DNA of 63,870 nucleotides, counting the filler, from Barthelona sp. PAP020 (taxonomy: Eukaryota): NCBI GenBank assembly GCA_040182905.1. It is 3 parts of 3 records of this genome, joined end to end, with 100 filler letters (N's around TTAATTAATTAA, not from the genome) between each part and the next. Parts side by side here need not be neighbours in the genome. Positions count along the whole stretch, not along the records: positions 44,391 to 63,870 come from JARQWU010000205.1; 2 more parts are not named here. The stretch is one strand, 5' to 3'. The position numbers and the translations under genes were made by a program. This document shows, in pieces, positions 53,220 through 63,870 of the stretch. The notes below the pieces were generated by a model. That model did no database searches. It had not been told where the DNA came from and saw only the letters and a program-made list of their open reading frames with translations. Numbering within the stretch: the first letter of the stretch is position 1; the number at the start of each line of letters is the position of its first letter.

Positions 53220-53558
53220 ATGTCTGATTTTTCTGTTGGATTATTTGATCTTTGCCATCATGATATGAATACTTTAATAATAACACTATTTGTTCCTCAA
53301 TATCAAATTGGAAAAAATTTGGCCAATCTTGAGGGGAGGCCATTTGTAATATGGGATTGTTTATGCGCTGAAATGAATGTTGCATTTTTAAATCGTATTA
53401 AAATCAGAAATAAAGAAGGTATGCTTATGAATTATGTCAATGATTGTCTTTCAATAGTTTTTTGTCCTTTTTGTTCAATTTTGCAAAATACTGCCCAAAT
53501 TAATCGTCCTTCATTCTCCACAACAGTGCAACAAATTGATAACAGTACCTTTTTATAA
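53220..53558 (+). CDS. PLAC8/cornifelin-family protein, 112 aa
   Basis: FSVGLFD..LFVPQYQIGKN..RIKIR..DCL..FCPFCSILQ; ATG at 53220. Confidence 0.8.
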   Translation: MSDFSVGLFDLCHHDMNTLIITLFVPQYQIGKNLANLEGRPFVIWDCLCAEMNVAFLNRIKIRNKEGMLMNYVNDCLSIVFCPFCSILQNTAQINRPSFSTTVQQIDNSTFL

Positions 53559-53750
53559 ATATTTTTTTTCTCTTTTGATTTTCATTTGAAAAAACTTGAT
53601 TCTTTTTTTTTTTTAAAGATATGATACGAATGCTATTTAATTAAAAGAGCTAATATTTAAAATATCTATTCGTTAACCAAAAAAACAAAGAAAAATGGAT
53701 TTTATAATTTACATCGTCTGTATTAACCAACTATCTCAAAAAGAAAAGTT

Positions 53751-54659
53751 TTATTGATTATCAGTGGAAATACCAGCAGCCTCTTTTGGTTCTTGATCGA
53801 TAATTTGAATGGGCTTTGATTGCAATGGTGACATTGTCTCTTCTTCTTCTTCTTCTTCTTCTTCTTCTTCTTCTTCTAAGAGTTTTTTGTGAGCAATAAT
53901 TGGTTCACTTGGCTCTTCTGTTTCCATTTCTTTTTCTTCTTTTTCATGTGACTCTTCCTCGACTTCTTCCTTTGGATTAGGTTTATTTTCTTCAGTTTCC
54001 TTTTCAATAACAAATCTTTCAATGTCTGCTTGATTAACAAATGCATAATCATGGAAAGGGTTACAATTTTCATAATTTCTTTCAAAAAGATAGCAAGATA
54101 AAGGTTCAAAGATTCTTGTTGATTGAATGACATAATCAAGCATAAGTCCCATCATTTCCATTTCATTCATTCCGCAAAATGCATGTTTTAATAATTCTTC
54201 CCTCTTAGGATACCCATTGACTCTCATTTTATAGGCGATTCTTTTGGGAGCAGAAAGATGAGGTTTCAAAATTGTGGAATATCCAATTTTTGCCGCTTTT
54301 CTTGATGAAAGTTCTTTATTTTTACCCATTTCACCAAACCAAATGGAAATGAATTCCAAATTTCTCAGTAAGTGAACAATTGTTTTTGTTGCTGAGTTAC
54401 TGGTGTTACAAGCATCAATATCGCATTCATGTTGAATTAATGCATTAAGTGTAGTTCTGGGTGCTTTGTCATATTTTTTTTGTAATTTTTTAATGTAATG
54501 TTGGATTTCTTTTGACAATGATTTTGCGGAACCATTGTGCATTTCTTCAAGAAAATTAGATATTTTCCTTGCAACTTCAATGAAAGGTTGAACAGGTACT
54601 TCATTTTCATGAATTAATTGAAGATTGTTGATCTCTTCTAAAACAATTTGTAATGACAT
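53751..54659 (-). CDS. Glycolipid-transfer-protein (GLTP)-fold protein with acidic tail
   Basis: PFIE..FL..KEI..IKKL..TLNALIQHE..SATKTIVHLLRNLEF..Y..LKPH..P.REE. Likely start is 54659; the extension to 54893 is AT-rich spacer. Confidence 0.75.
   Translation of the reverse strand: MSLQIVLEEINNLQLIHENEVPVQPFIEVARKISNFLEEMHNGSAKSLSKEIQHYIKKLQKKYDKAPRTTLNALIQHECDIDACNTSNSATKTIVHLLRNLEFISIWFGEMGKNKELSSRKAAKIGYSTILKPHLSAPKRIAYKMRVNGYPKREELLKHAFCGMNEMEMMGLMLDYVIQSTRIFEPLSCYLFERNYENCNPFHDYAFVNQADIERFVIEKETEENKPNPKEEVEEESHEKEEKEMETEEPSEPIIAHKKLLEEEEEEEEEEEEETMSPLQSKPIQIIDQEPKEAAGISTDNQ
53841..53876. repeat. (TTC)12 microsatellite encoding poly-Glu
   Basis: Read directly from the sequence. Confidence 0.9.
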
Positions 54660-54927
54660 TATAATAATAACAAATAAATAAAAATTAAAATATTTTACAG
54701 TTCGCAAAGAAGGAAGAAACAGTCGTAAAGAAATAAAAATGGATTCTTCAAATGAAAACATGACTGTTGGAATATTTACAATATTAAAAAAAAGATCAAT
54801 GATTTGTTGAATTGATTTACTGTAAAGCAATAAAAAAGAAGGAAAAAAAATTTTGTTTATTGATTTTGATAAAATCTGAAATTCCACATCCACTCCATTT
54901 TTTCTTTTTGTATATTTTATTTATTTG

Positions 54928-57402
54928 ATGGAATTCATTGAACCTCTTAAATACAAATTACACTTTACATTTGATTTTGCTCAGGATGTTGAAGCAACAC
55001 ATTATTATTCATGTGAAGAAACTGTTGAATTCAAAATCACCCAAGAATTAAACTCTATTGAGTTAAATCAGATTGAATTGCCAATCAAAGAAGTAGATAT
55101 TTTGGGCAATGGTACTTATGAACCTATTTTGAATGATAAGGATGAAACTATCGTTATTAATTTGAATACACCTCTTAAACCTGGTAAGCATTCAATGAAG
55201 ATGTCTTTTAGAAGATCAATTGCCAATTCTACTTGTGGTTTATATCTTACCAAACATAAAACCAAGGATCAAACGTTGGTTGGTGCTTCTACACAATGTG
55301 AACCTTGTGATTGTCGAAGAATATTTGCCTGTTGGGATTTATGTCATATGAAGGCTCATTTTGATGTTAAAGTCACTTGTCCTCAAGGAATGACTGCTTT
55401 ATCCAATTATCCTGCAATGGAGGAAATTACTTTCAATGGAATGACTACTTTCACTTTTGAAACCTCACCTTTGATGTCCACATATCTTTTTGCTATGGTC
55501 ATTGGCTATTATGATTCTGTTGGACGTAGATCCAAAAGAGGGGTTAATATTGGTTGTTATACACCTCCTGGAATGGTTGCTGGTGTTATTCATGCTTTAG
55601 ACGTTGCTGAACATGCTGTTGATTATTTTGCAGATAGATTCAATTGTCCTTATCCTTGGTTGGGTAGAAAACCCAAATTAGACCTTATTTGTGTCCCTGA
55701 TTTTGCATTTGGAGCAATGGAAAATATTGGTTTAATTACCTTCAGAGATAGGTGTTTGTTAATTGAAGACGATACTCCTCTAAGCGTTAAACAACGTGTT
55801 GTTATGGTAATTTGTCATGAAATAGCACATATGTGGTTTGGGAATTATGTCACTTGTGAGAAGTTTGATGAACTTTGGTTAAATGAAGCATATGCTGAAT
55901 TATTTGGTTTTACTTGCGCCGATGCCTTCAAACCTGAATGGAAATTGAATGAGAATTTTGTTTGCGACGTTACTTTGACTGGCCTTAGCTTAGATATCAT
56001 GAAATCAACTCATCCGATTCAAATGAAATTGAATAATCCTCGTGAAGTCAATACTATCTTTGACGCTATCACATATGACAAGGGTGCTTCAATTGTCCGT
56101 ATGTTGAATTTACACATTGGTGATGAAAAGTTCAATAAGTCCCTTTCCGACTATTTGAATGCCCATGGTTATTCCACTTGTGTTGGACCTGTTCTTTGGA
56201 GTCATTTTGATAAATACTTTGAAAGAACCAGTGAATTGGTTGACAATTGGATCAACAAACCAGGTTGTCCTTTAATTAAAGTTACTGTGGAAAATGGTGT
56301 TTTAACATTTGAACAACATAGAATCAATGAACCAGACGATGATACTCTTTGGATGATTCCTTTAAAATACAAATTAGGTATCAACGGTGAAATAGTTGTG
56401 AAACAAGTAATGTTAACAGAAAGATCAACTTCAATAGAACTTCCTAATAACGTGGAATGGATTTTGGCTAATTGCGAACATCAAGCATTTGCTGTTATCA
56501 AGTATTCAGATGAGGTCTTCAACAAGTTATTGAATAACTTCAATAAAGTCAGTCGTATTGATAGACTCATGGTTTTATCTCACATTTTATCCCTTGGAAA
56601 GATTTCTGAAATTTCTCCCAGACAATACTTCAATGTTGCTAAAATTGCTGGTGAATGTTTATCTTTTGAAGAACCTGAAGCTTGGTCATTAGCTTTAGCA
56701 ATCATTTCACGTTTAACTAAAATCGTGCCAAATGAGGAAATTAAGAACACAGCTCGTGATCTTTGTAAAAAGTTGTTGAATTTCGTGTCATTCGAACCTA
56801 CCATTGATGAGCACGAAACCTTGAGAACATCTGCAATTTCTGTTTTATTAACAATAAGAGATGAATCCACAATTGAAAAAATGGTTTCTTTATTCAATGA
56901 AGGACTTTCAAATGTGCCTCAACATTTACGTGTTTCTTGTGTTTGTGCTAAAGTTCTTCAAGATGGATTATCTTCATTAATTGACACTGTTGTTGATAAT
57001 AAAGATCCTTTAATGGAATATTCACTTATTGGAGGAGTTGCTAGAGGTGTTAATGAAGAAGAAGCTAGAATCTTATATAAGAATGCCTTTAAATGGTTTA
57101 AACCTCAAAATTCAGTTTATATCCCCGGTAGTTGTGGGGTGAATCCCAAGACCAATAATATTCAATGGGAAATGTTTTTGGACAATGTTGAAGAATGGGA
57201 AAAACACTTAGATGAGCACATGATTGGTGGTGCATATAAGGGTGCTTTTAAATCAACAGAAAACATGGAAGCTTTTGATAAGTTAATTCAACATTTCAAT
57301 GGTAATATCCCATCTCATTTGGAGAGATTTGTTCCTCAAATTAAAGAATCAATTGAACTTAATCATTTATTCAATGAAAGAACTCGTCAAGAATTCCATT
57401 AA
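54928..57402 (+). CDS. M1-family zinc aminopeptidase (puromycin-sensitive/ERAP-like)
   Basis: GAMEN, HEIAHMWFGN..LWLNE, FDAITYDKGAS and an ERAP1-like C-terminal region. Confidence 0.95.
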   Translation: MEFIEPLKYKLHFTFDFAQDVEATHYYSCEETVEFKITQELNSIELNQIELPIKEVDILGNGTYEPILNDKDETIVINLNTPLKPGKHSMKMSFRRSIANSTCGLYLTKHKTKDQTLVGASTQCEPCDCRRIFACWDLCHMKAHFDVKVTCPQGMTALSNYPAMEEITFNGMTTFTFETSPLMSTYLFAMVIGYYDSVGRRSKRGVNIGCYTPPGMVAGVIHALDVAEHAVDYFADRFNCPYPWLGRKPKLDLICVPDFAFGAMENIGLITFRDRCLLIEDDTPLSVKQRVVMVICHEIAHMWFGNYVTCEKFDELWLNEAYAELFGFTCADAFKPEWKLNENFVCDVTLTGLSLDIMKSTHPIQMKLNNPREVNTIFDAITYDKGASIVRMLNLHIGDEKFNKSLSDYLNAHGYSTCVGPVLWSHFDKYFERTSELVDNWINKPGCPLIKVTVENGVLTFEQHRINEPDDDTLWMIPLKYKLGINGEIVVKQVMLTERSTSIELPNNVEWILANCEHQAFAVIKYSDEVFNKLLNNFNKVSRIDRLMVLSHILSLGKISEISPRQYFNVAKIAGECLSFEEPEAWSLALAIISRLTKIVPNEEIKNTARDLCKKLLNFVSFEPTIDEHETLRTSAISVLLTIRDESTIEKMVSLFNEGLSNVPQHLRVSCVCAKVLQDGLSSLIDTVVDNKDPLMEYSLIGGVARGVNEEEARILYKNAFKWFKPQNSVYIPGSCGVNPKTNNIQWEMFLDNVEEWEKHLDEHMIGGAYKGAFKSTENMEAFDKLIQHFNGNIPSHLERFVPQIKESIELNHLFNERTRQEFH

Positions 57403-57658
57403 CTTTTATATTACTTTGGTTTGATTTTTCCATAAATAATTGTGTGTAATTTTTTCATTTAATTCATTGATTTAAAAAAAAAAATTCTTCACATATAAAA
57501 GTAAACTTTCATCTTTTCATTCTCTCCAAAATCTTATCTTTTTTTTGGGACAATATTTGAAAAGAAAAAGACTAGATAATGGAAAACATAAACGAAGAAG
57601 AAAAAAAAGTAATTATTGTCAAAAATGCAGGCAAAAAAAAAAAATTTCAAAAATATTA

Positions 57659-59074
57659 TTAATGACTTTTATAATACAATTCTAACCACGTTTGCATAAT
57701 ATCTTCAACTGTACTTCTAACATATTTTAAATTTGAATCATCCTTATCTGTTGGATCATGTAAATCTGAACAATGTGCACCATCTTCGATTAAAAAAGAA
57801 TGAATATCATTATTGCTTTCATATCTATCAGTTTCAGTCAAACTTAAAGCTCTCCAAGGATCTCTTTTACCATTTGTAAACACAATCCTACTGGCACCTG
57901 TATAAAGTGACCCATAATAATTATTTGTGCGTTCAATACGAGGAGTAAATTTGATACCTTCAAAACTGTCCTTACAAATCTTATGATGCCAAGCAAGATC
58001 AATTCTCTTGCTTCTAAGTCCACCGGGTGCTGCAACCTGCCAAAAACCAAATTCATTACATGATTGCCACAACCATTGTCTAGATCCTTGCTTATCAATG
58101 GCAGTAGAAGGCCTTGGAAGATCATAATTTCTACAATCTTGGTCAAAATAATCAAATAGCCAATTAGAATAGTTAATGAAACCACCTAAAGCATTTTGGT
58201 CAGGATGATCAATAAATGGACACAAATGTTCGGTATAATTGTACTGAGCAGCAAATGCAACAATATCTGCCATAATATATAGGAATCGTACAGGATCGGT
58301 GTCAATATATTCTCCACCTTTAAATTGAGAACGAATTGCAGCATTACTAGCTTCAGAAGCATATAACTCCATTTCAATTTGATCAAATACACGACGAATT
58401 GCAGAACTGCAGGAGATTCCAAGTGTTTTTCCAACAAAAAAGTCGTATTGATAGAAATCTTCAGTTGCATGGACAGGCCCAGAACTGGCCCAAGACATTG
58501 TAATCAAATGGGGGTATTTAGCACGCATCCAACTGGACATTGCTCCTGCATATGAACCCCCAACAATAATAATAGGTGTATTATCAGGGAACTTTTGTGT
58601 GACCATTTCAGAAGTGATAAAATTTACCAAATCTTCTTGAGCTTGTTGAGAAGTCAAATACTTCAATGATTCAACAGTTAAATCATTAAATGGTAAGGAT
58701 TCCCCGTAAAATCGATGTTCCAAAGAATAAATAACACCTTTAAATTTCGATGCCAAAGCAATTTTTTCACCATGAGAACAAGTATTTGGTCCCATTGGTG
58801 CTTCGCCGGAAATATATAAAATAATTGGAGAAGGTTTATCATCATTTTTTTCATAAAAAGTCCAATTACTGCAATATCTTTGTTGAAAAGTTGAAAGATA
58901 CAAAGGATCAAAATGATCAATATTTTGAGTAAACATTTGGTAATTTGAAGAAGCAGCAGAATCACTATTCAAATATCCACTTTTTTTTTCCAATAGATAT
59001 TCATATTGTGCAAATTTTCCATAAACACAAAATAAAGATATCAAAACAATAAAAAGAAATTGATTTCTTGACAT
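57659..59074 (-). CDS. Secreted S28 serine peptidase (PRCP/PRSS16-like), 471 aa
   Basis: Signal peptide, QNIDHF, LEHRFYGES, GGSYAG, NGKRDPW, AHCSDL. Confidence 0.93.
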   Translation of the reverse strand: MSRNQFLFIVLISLFCVYGKFAQYEYLLEKKSGYLNSDSAASSNYQMFTQNIDHFDPLYLSTFQQRYCSNWTFYEKNDDKPSPIILYISGEAPMGPNTCSHGEKIALASKFKGVIYSLEHRFYGESLPFNDLTVESLKYLTSQQAQEDLVNFITSEMVTQKFPDNTPIIIVGGSYAGAMSSWMRAKYPHLITMSWASSGPVHATEDFYQYDFFVGKTLGISCSSAIRRVFDQIEMELYASEASNAAIRSQFKGGEYIDTDPVRFLYIMADIVAFAAQYNYTEHLCPFIDHPDQNALGGFINYSNWLFDYFDQDCRNYDLPRPSTAIDKQGSRQWLWQSCNEFGFWQVAAPGGLRSKRIDLAWHHKICKDSFEGIKFTPRIERTNNYYGSLYTGASRIVFTNGKRDPWRALSLTETDRYESNNDIHSFLIEDGAHCSDLHDPTDKDDSNLKYVRSTVEDIMQTWLELYYKSH

Positions 59075-59132
59075 CTTTGTGAAAAAAAAATGAAGAAAAT
59101 GAAAAATTTATTTGTTCAATCACTTTTTATTC

Positions 59133-59372
59133 ATGTCTGAAAAACATTCAAATGCTTTAAAAGACGAACTAAATACTGATATTGATGGAAATTTACTTGA
59201 AAGTATCCTGCTATACACTTCCAAATTAATTCCGAATCCGAAGAATTGTGAAAGCAAATCTTTGAATATTATGGAAAAAGAATCCATACATGTATCATCT
59301 ATTTTATCTGCTGCATTATATTTAGAAGAATTTGTTGATAAACAAATTGACGTTTTGATAAAAAAAGAATAA
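59133..59372 (+). CDS. Small protein, possibly Rrn10-like, 79 aa
   Basis: NLLESILLYTS...SSILSAALYLEE loosely resembles the UAF Rrn10 pattern; fills the gap between two genes. Confidence 0.4.
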   Translation: MSEKHSNALKDELNTDIDGNLLESILLYTSKLIPNPKNCESKSLNIMEKESIHVSSILSAALYLEEFVDKQIDVLIKKE

Positions 59373-59378
59373 GAACAT

Positions 59379-60305
59379 TTACAATTTTTGAATTTTTATG
59401 TGACGCACATTATCTAAATAAAAGAAATATTCATTTGTAATTCCACAGTCAATGACCAAAGTGTCAGTTGTTAAAATTTTTATCTTTGAGAAGTTTTCAT
59501 CAAATATTTCAATATTATATAAATTTTGTTTTATTATATGTTTATTTTTGTAAAAAATTCTTTGAAAAACATCATCAAAATCGAATGATTGAATTTTCTC
59601 AAAACCTATCTCAACGTTATCAAAATCAAGATTTTGATACGAATACACACTAAACATATCATTGCAACAAATTATTTGTTGTTTGTCATCATTTACAAAC
59701 AGCGAAAGAATGTCATTTTCAAAAATACCATTATTGAATAAATTCTGTATGTCTCTCAATTGAAAAGCGTCTTCAATGTTTTCAAAAACATATAAAAATA
59801 AGTCTTTTGAGAAAATACAGAGTTTTGAATTACAAGTAAAAAAATTCAATATTCCAGAATCAAAAACATGAATAGATTGAAAAGTTTTATCCTCATTGAC
59901 AAAAAATAATTGTTTTGCTTTGTAAATAAACAAAATATTATTGATATAATGTAAAATTGGTCTGTTTGAACAAGAATTTATCATTTCAATATTTATTTTG
60001 AAATTCTCAATGCCACATTTATATATTTCATATGATTCATTTGATTTTAATAAAGATATGTAAAAAGATTGAGAATGAACAAAACAACATTGATCAACAA
60101 TGCCTTCAACAGTTTGTGATCGAACTTCATTTACAAATTGATTGGTCTTCTTATCAAAAGTAATGAATTCAATCTCAGATAAAGGTTGTGAACTGGAAGT
60201 GATAGAAGATTCAGAAGATATTGCAACAAATCGCATTGTATCTACATTTTCATCTATTAATGAAATCGCTTTCGCCGATGAAAACGCTATATTATCAACA
60301 TACAT
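59379..60305 (-). CDS. Hypothetical beta-rich (propeller-like) protein
   Basis: 308-aa ORF with repeated short beta-strand patterns; no family recognised. Confidence 0.55.
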   Translation of the reverse strand: MYVDNIAFSSAKAISLIDENVDTMRFVAISSESSITSSSQPLSEIEFITFDKKTNQFVNEVRSQTVEGIVDQCCFVHSQSFYISLLKSNESYEIYKCGIENFKINIEMINSCSNRPILHYINNILFIYKAKQLFFVNEDKTFQSIHVFDSGILNFFTCNSKLCIFSKDLFLYVFENIEDAFQLRDIQNLFNNGIFENDILSLFVNDDKQQIICCNDMFSVYSYQNLDFDNVEIGFEKIQSFDFDDVFQRIFYKNKHIIKQNLYNIEIFDENFSKIKILTTDTLVIDCGITNEYFFYLDNVRHIKIQKL

Positions 60306-60453
60306 CAAAACAACAATTATTAATACAAAAATAAATAACTGTCAATGAACTAACAAATAACAATAAACAATAAACTTCCAAAAAACATTTTATCTTTCTA
60401 AAATTTAGAAAAAAGAAAAAAATAGATTATCCGCAAAACTAGAGATCAATTCT

Positions 60454-61701
60454 TTATTGGGCTTGACATGTAGTACCTCTTGGACCTTCATCATCATATG
60501 CATCATAAGCTTCTCTTTGTCTTTCTTCTTCTTTTGGAATATCACGTCTATTGAAAGCTTCACAGTCAAAACGATGAGCATTTTCCAATTTGCTTTCTTC
60601 TTCTTCCGTAACAACTTGTCTATTGCCTAAAATCTTTTGAAGTTGCTTCTTTTGATTCTCTGACAGAGAAGGAACTTCAAAATCAACAGTAAATTCAATG
60701 TAGAGATTACCTTTGCTAAAAGCATCGTGTTGGAAAGGCATACCCAAATTTTTGACGCACATGACAGTTCCAGGTTGAACACCTCCAGGAACTTGTACAA
60801 TCACATTGTTACCATTCAAATGTGGTACAACAAATTCACAGCCTAACATTGCATCAACAACTTTAATGGTTTTCTTCATCATTAGATTGACTCCCTCTCT
60901 GGTAAACAATGGGTGAGGTTCTTCAGTCAAAATGATAACCAAATCTCCTGCAACTGTGTCAGGTTGCCAATTTCCGTCTCCATGAAAAACGATCGTTTCA
61001 CCATCCTTCATACCAGGAACAACGTGAACTTCATTGACTTTAGAAACCCTTTCAAACTTTTCTCCCATGCATTTTGGACACTTGGCGCCATCCTTAATTA
61101 TTTGTCCCGTTTGATGACATTTAGTACAAGGTCTTGTGAATTGTTGAATCATCATTCCAGATTGTTGTGTGACAACTTCCATACCACGACCATGACATGC
61201 TGGACATGTTTGAACGGCAGAAGGATCAGTTGCGCCAACACCATTGCATGATTCACATTTAACGTTACGAGAAAGCTTAAATTTACGAGTACATCCATTA
61301 TAAAATTGTTCAAGTGTACATTTTAGTGGTTTTTTTAAAGGAGGTGCTTTTTGACGACCTTTTTGACGTTGTTGTGAACGTCCAGGATTAAATAAATCAA
61401 AGATAGACATTCCTTGCCCAAATCCACCAGGACCTCCATTTAAACCTTCTTCTCCATATTTATCATAAAGTTCTCTCTTTTCGTCATCCTTCAAAACTTC
61501 ATATGCAGCATTAATAGCGGCGAACTAAAAAAGTTAGTACAATTATAAAACGACTATAAATACCTTATCAGTAGCATCCTCAGCTTTGTTCTTATCAGGA
61601 TGATATTTAACTGCAAGCTTTCTGTAAGCTTTGCGAATATCTGCCTTGGATGCATTAGGCGAAACACCTAAAATGTCATAATAACCCGTTTCAGCAACCA
61701 T
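60454..61701 (-). CDS. DNAJA: Type I Hsp40 (DNAJA/Ydj1-like); complement(join(60454..61524,61564..61701)), 402 aa
   Basis: Exon 1 [13 protein letters not shown]...[22 protein letters not shown] region, four CxxCxGxG-type motifs and C-terminal CaaX CQAQ. Confidence 0.95.
61525..61563 (-). other. 39-nt spliceosomal intron, phase 0
   Basis: GTATTTATAGTCGTTTTATAATTGTACTAACTTTTTTAG: TACTAAC branch point, in-frame TAA; removal restores the J-domain. Confidence 0.92.
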
Positions 61702-62009
61702 AATGAAAAAATTAGCCCAACAAACCGATGAAAACGGTGAAAAAAAATTAGTGACAAAAGGGAGGTGTCTGCAAATTTTTCCTTCGTTAAACTCATCAAT
61801 TTTTTTGTTTAAATATAATTAGCACAAATTGTGTTGAAAAAATAGTGTTTTATGAATAAAATTTAATAAAAAGAATAATTTGCATACAAAATTTGATAAA
61901 AAACACATTTACAAAGGAATAAAAAACATAAAAAAGGTAATTAATAATAATAAGAAGAATTAAGGATTCAGAAAATAAAAAAAATTTTTTTTTCTTGGAT
62001 TTGTGAACA

Positions 62010-63086
62010 ATGCAGCATTATTTTAATGAAAATTTCACAAATGACTTTCCATTAGCAAAAAAATCCAACGAAATAAGTGAATTAAGATCAGAAATTAGAA
62101 CATTTGTATCCAATTGTTCGCATGATTTTGAATATCAAATGTTTTTACCTGCAGGAAATTCAAAGGAGTTAGTTATTTTACAGTTGGAAATTCAATTGGC
62201 GGTGGCAATAAAATCACAGAATGTGTCAACAATACAGTTCAATCTTATACCTTCGTTTATCAACTCCAATTCTAGCTCCAATGAACAAAATATAAATCCT
62301 TACAAATGTTTAAACCAGGTAAAATTGGTCAATCCTTTATGTCAAAACAATGATGAAAATTCAACACTTTGGGAATGGAAATATGATGAGGAAAGTACTT
62401 CTGGACAAATACAAATTAATTGTAACATGGATATTTCGTCTAACTTAATTCCTGAAGTCATATTATATGTTATACCGGTAAACTCGCAAATTCAACTATA
62501 TCTTGCAAGTGACTTTTTACAAAAGTTAACAAATGTTCAATATGGTGTTAAAGGACAATTTAACAGGGCTGTGATTGAATATATATATAAGAATAACTTG
62601 GTTATACCTGGCACTTCGAAATTTCGCTGTGATAATAATTTGATGTCTATTTTTCAAAATCAAGGAGGGATGTTACATGATGTGTCTAATTTATTAACTC
62701 CTCAATTACAAGCTTTAAATTTTTCATTTAAATTTCCTTGCAATCAAATTATTAATGATCGTTATCAAATGACAATACCTTCAAACATCATTGGAACACC
62801 AAAGAGTGTGCAAAAGAATCATTCTGAATCTTTTGATGAATTCAAGAATATTGAAACGAATTATGAACAATTCAGCAATTTTAAAAATATTTTTGAGGAA
62901 AATGGAGATATTTACGCAAATATGAAACAACTTGCTAAAAAATATAAAAATATCCAGAATATTCATGAAAAGGATAAAATCTCGTTCTATCCTTTGTTTT
63001 CTGATTTTTGGAAAAATCCTACTCCTCATGTACGTTTGGTTTCTAGTCAAATGGCTAATAATTTTCTCAAAAAAAGTCCTCAATAA
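62010..63086 (+). CDS. SWIB-domain protein, divergent BAF60/SMARCD-like, 358 aa
   Basis: ASDFLQKL...AVIEYIYKNNL..FRCDNNLMSIF...LLTPQL matches the SWIB/MDM2 pattern. Confidence 0.65.
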   Translation: MQHYFNENFTNDFPLAKKSNEISELRSEIRTFVSNCSHDFEYQMFLPAGNSKELVILQLEIQLAVAIKSQNVSTIQFNLIPSFINSNSSSNEQNINPYKCLNQVKLVNPLCQNNDENSTLWEWKYDEESTSGQIQINCNMDISSNLIPEVILYVIPVNSQIQLYLASDFLQKLTNVQYGVKGQFNRAVIEYIYKNNLVIPGTSKFRCDNNLMSIFQNQGGMLHDVSNLLTPQLQALNFSFKFPCNQIINDRYQMTIPSNIIGTPKSVQKNHSESFDEFKNIETNYEQFSNFKNIFEENGDIYANMKQLAKKYKNIQNIHEKDKISFYPLFSDFWKNPTPHVRLVSSQMANNFLKKSPQ

Positions 63087-63214
63087 TTGATTATAAACAT
63101 TTATGTCTTGATTTTTTGTCACTTTCCAATCTAAATTTTAAAGTGAAATGGGTTTTATTTTGCAAATATAAGACTTAGTCTTCTATATGTAAGATCAAAG
63201 TTTTCAACAAGTGA

Positions 63215-63271
63215 GATGGGTTATACATACCAGCAATCGCTGATTTTGGGATTGCTCGTGATGCAAGTTGA
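63215..63271 (+). pseudogene. Possible protein-kinase relic (subdomain VII)
   Basis: Reads DGLYIPAIADFGIARDAS* between two TGA codons; no intact ORF around it. Confidence 0.4.
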
Positions 63272-63477
63272 ATCCAAACTTTTTTTTTCGTGGTTTACTG
63301 AACATTCCTATTTTGCATGTCTTTTTTTGTTGAGTTTTATTCGTGATAGGAATTTTGTAGAAATTCAATTGAAATAAATTTAAAAGGAATTGGAGGCTAA
63401 ATACTTGTTTAGATCAATATTAGCACACTGAGACACTTATACTGTTGTAAAGCGGACGGATTTCATGTAAACAGCCG

Positions 63478-63613
63478 TATAAATGTGTTTAAGATTTCTT
63501 CTTGCAATTTCTGATATCAATAGATATCAAAATTGAAAGTGAAATGACAGCAAAGAACCATATGATTCAGGGTAATAAGGATGCAAGTGTGCATAGTAGG
63601 TTAACAAGGAATT
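63478..63613 (+). repeat. Dispersed repeat, copy 2 (136 bp)
   Basis: Ungapped match to 43999-44134. Confidence 0.92.
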
Positions 63614-63870
63614 GTGAAGCGTAGCGGACATTTCACAAGGAGGGAAAAAGAAAAGCGTGAAGAAATGCGCCAGAATTTGATTCAAGCAAAATTTCTCGTA
63701 TTTCAAAATTTATCAAATAATAAAACAACTAGTTGAGCTTAAGACAAATAATAATCTAATGTTACTGGCTAATAAAGAATCTTGAAAGATTACAAAAGAA
63801 ATTTTCCCAAAATTTTCAACCATTGTCTGAATTTCCTTAATCAAATTTTCTATCCAAAGTTATTGAAGTC

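Noticed and set aside
1..63870. Alternative genetic code, CRISPR arrays, tRNA or rRNA genes, giant-virus origin
   Set aside because: All three stops end conserved genes; no repeat-spacer array or cloverleaf seen; spliceosomal introns and ciliary/Pol III genes indicate a eukaryotic nucleus.

Overview
Gene-dense, very AT-rich nuclear DNA of a flagellated microbial eukaryote (CFAP57, Cep192-like and kinesin-13-like genes; TAA, TAG and TGA all serve as stops, so standard code). The window is three contigs joined by two artificial 100-nt N/TTAATTAATTAA/N linkers (22179-22278, 44291-44390), so adjacency across those linkers is not biological. About 35 protein genes, nearly all intronless; the only two introns I can support (CDK, DnaJ) are both 39 nt, GTATTT...ACTAAY...AG. 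The compact, intron-poor style is metamonad-like, but the taxon is inference only. Most notable: (1) a bacterial-style (NtrB/CckA-class H-box) membrane hybrid histidine kinase among eukaryotic genes, followed by an unannotated G-U-rich structured RNA candidate; (2) an AGC kinase with no in-frame AUG before its Gly-loop, whose only good ATG runs into AAA-TAA one base out of frame (Euplotes-type +1 frameshift signature, or an assembly indel); (3) a DEK1-like multi-TM calpain lacking recognisable catalytic motifs, next to a minimal alpha2delta-like Cache/VWA protein; (4) a head-to-head kinesin-13-like paralog pair with an inverted repeat between them; (5) a 136-bp dispersed repeat with TATA plus hairpin. 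All family calls come from motif recognition by eye; no searches or folding programs were run.
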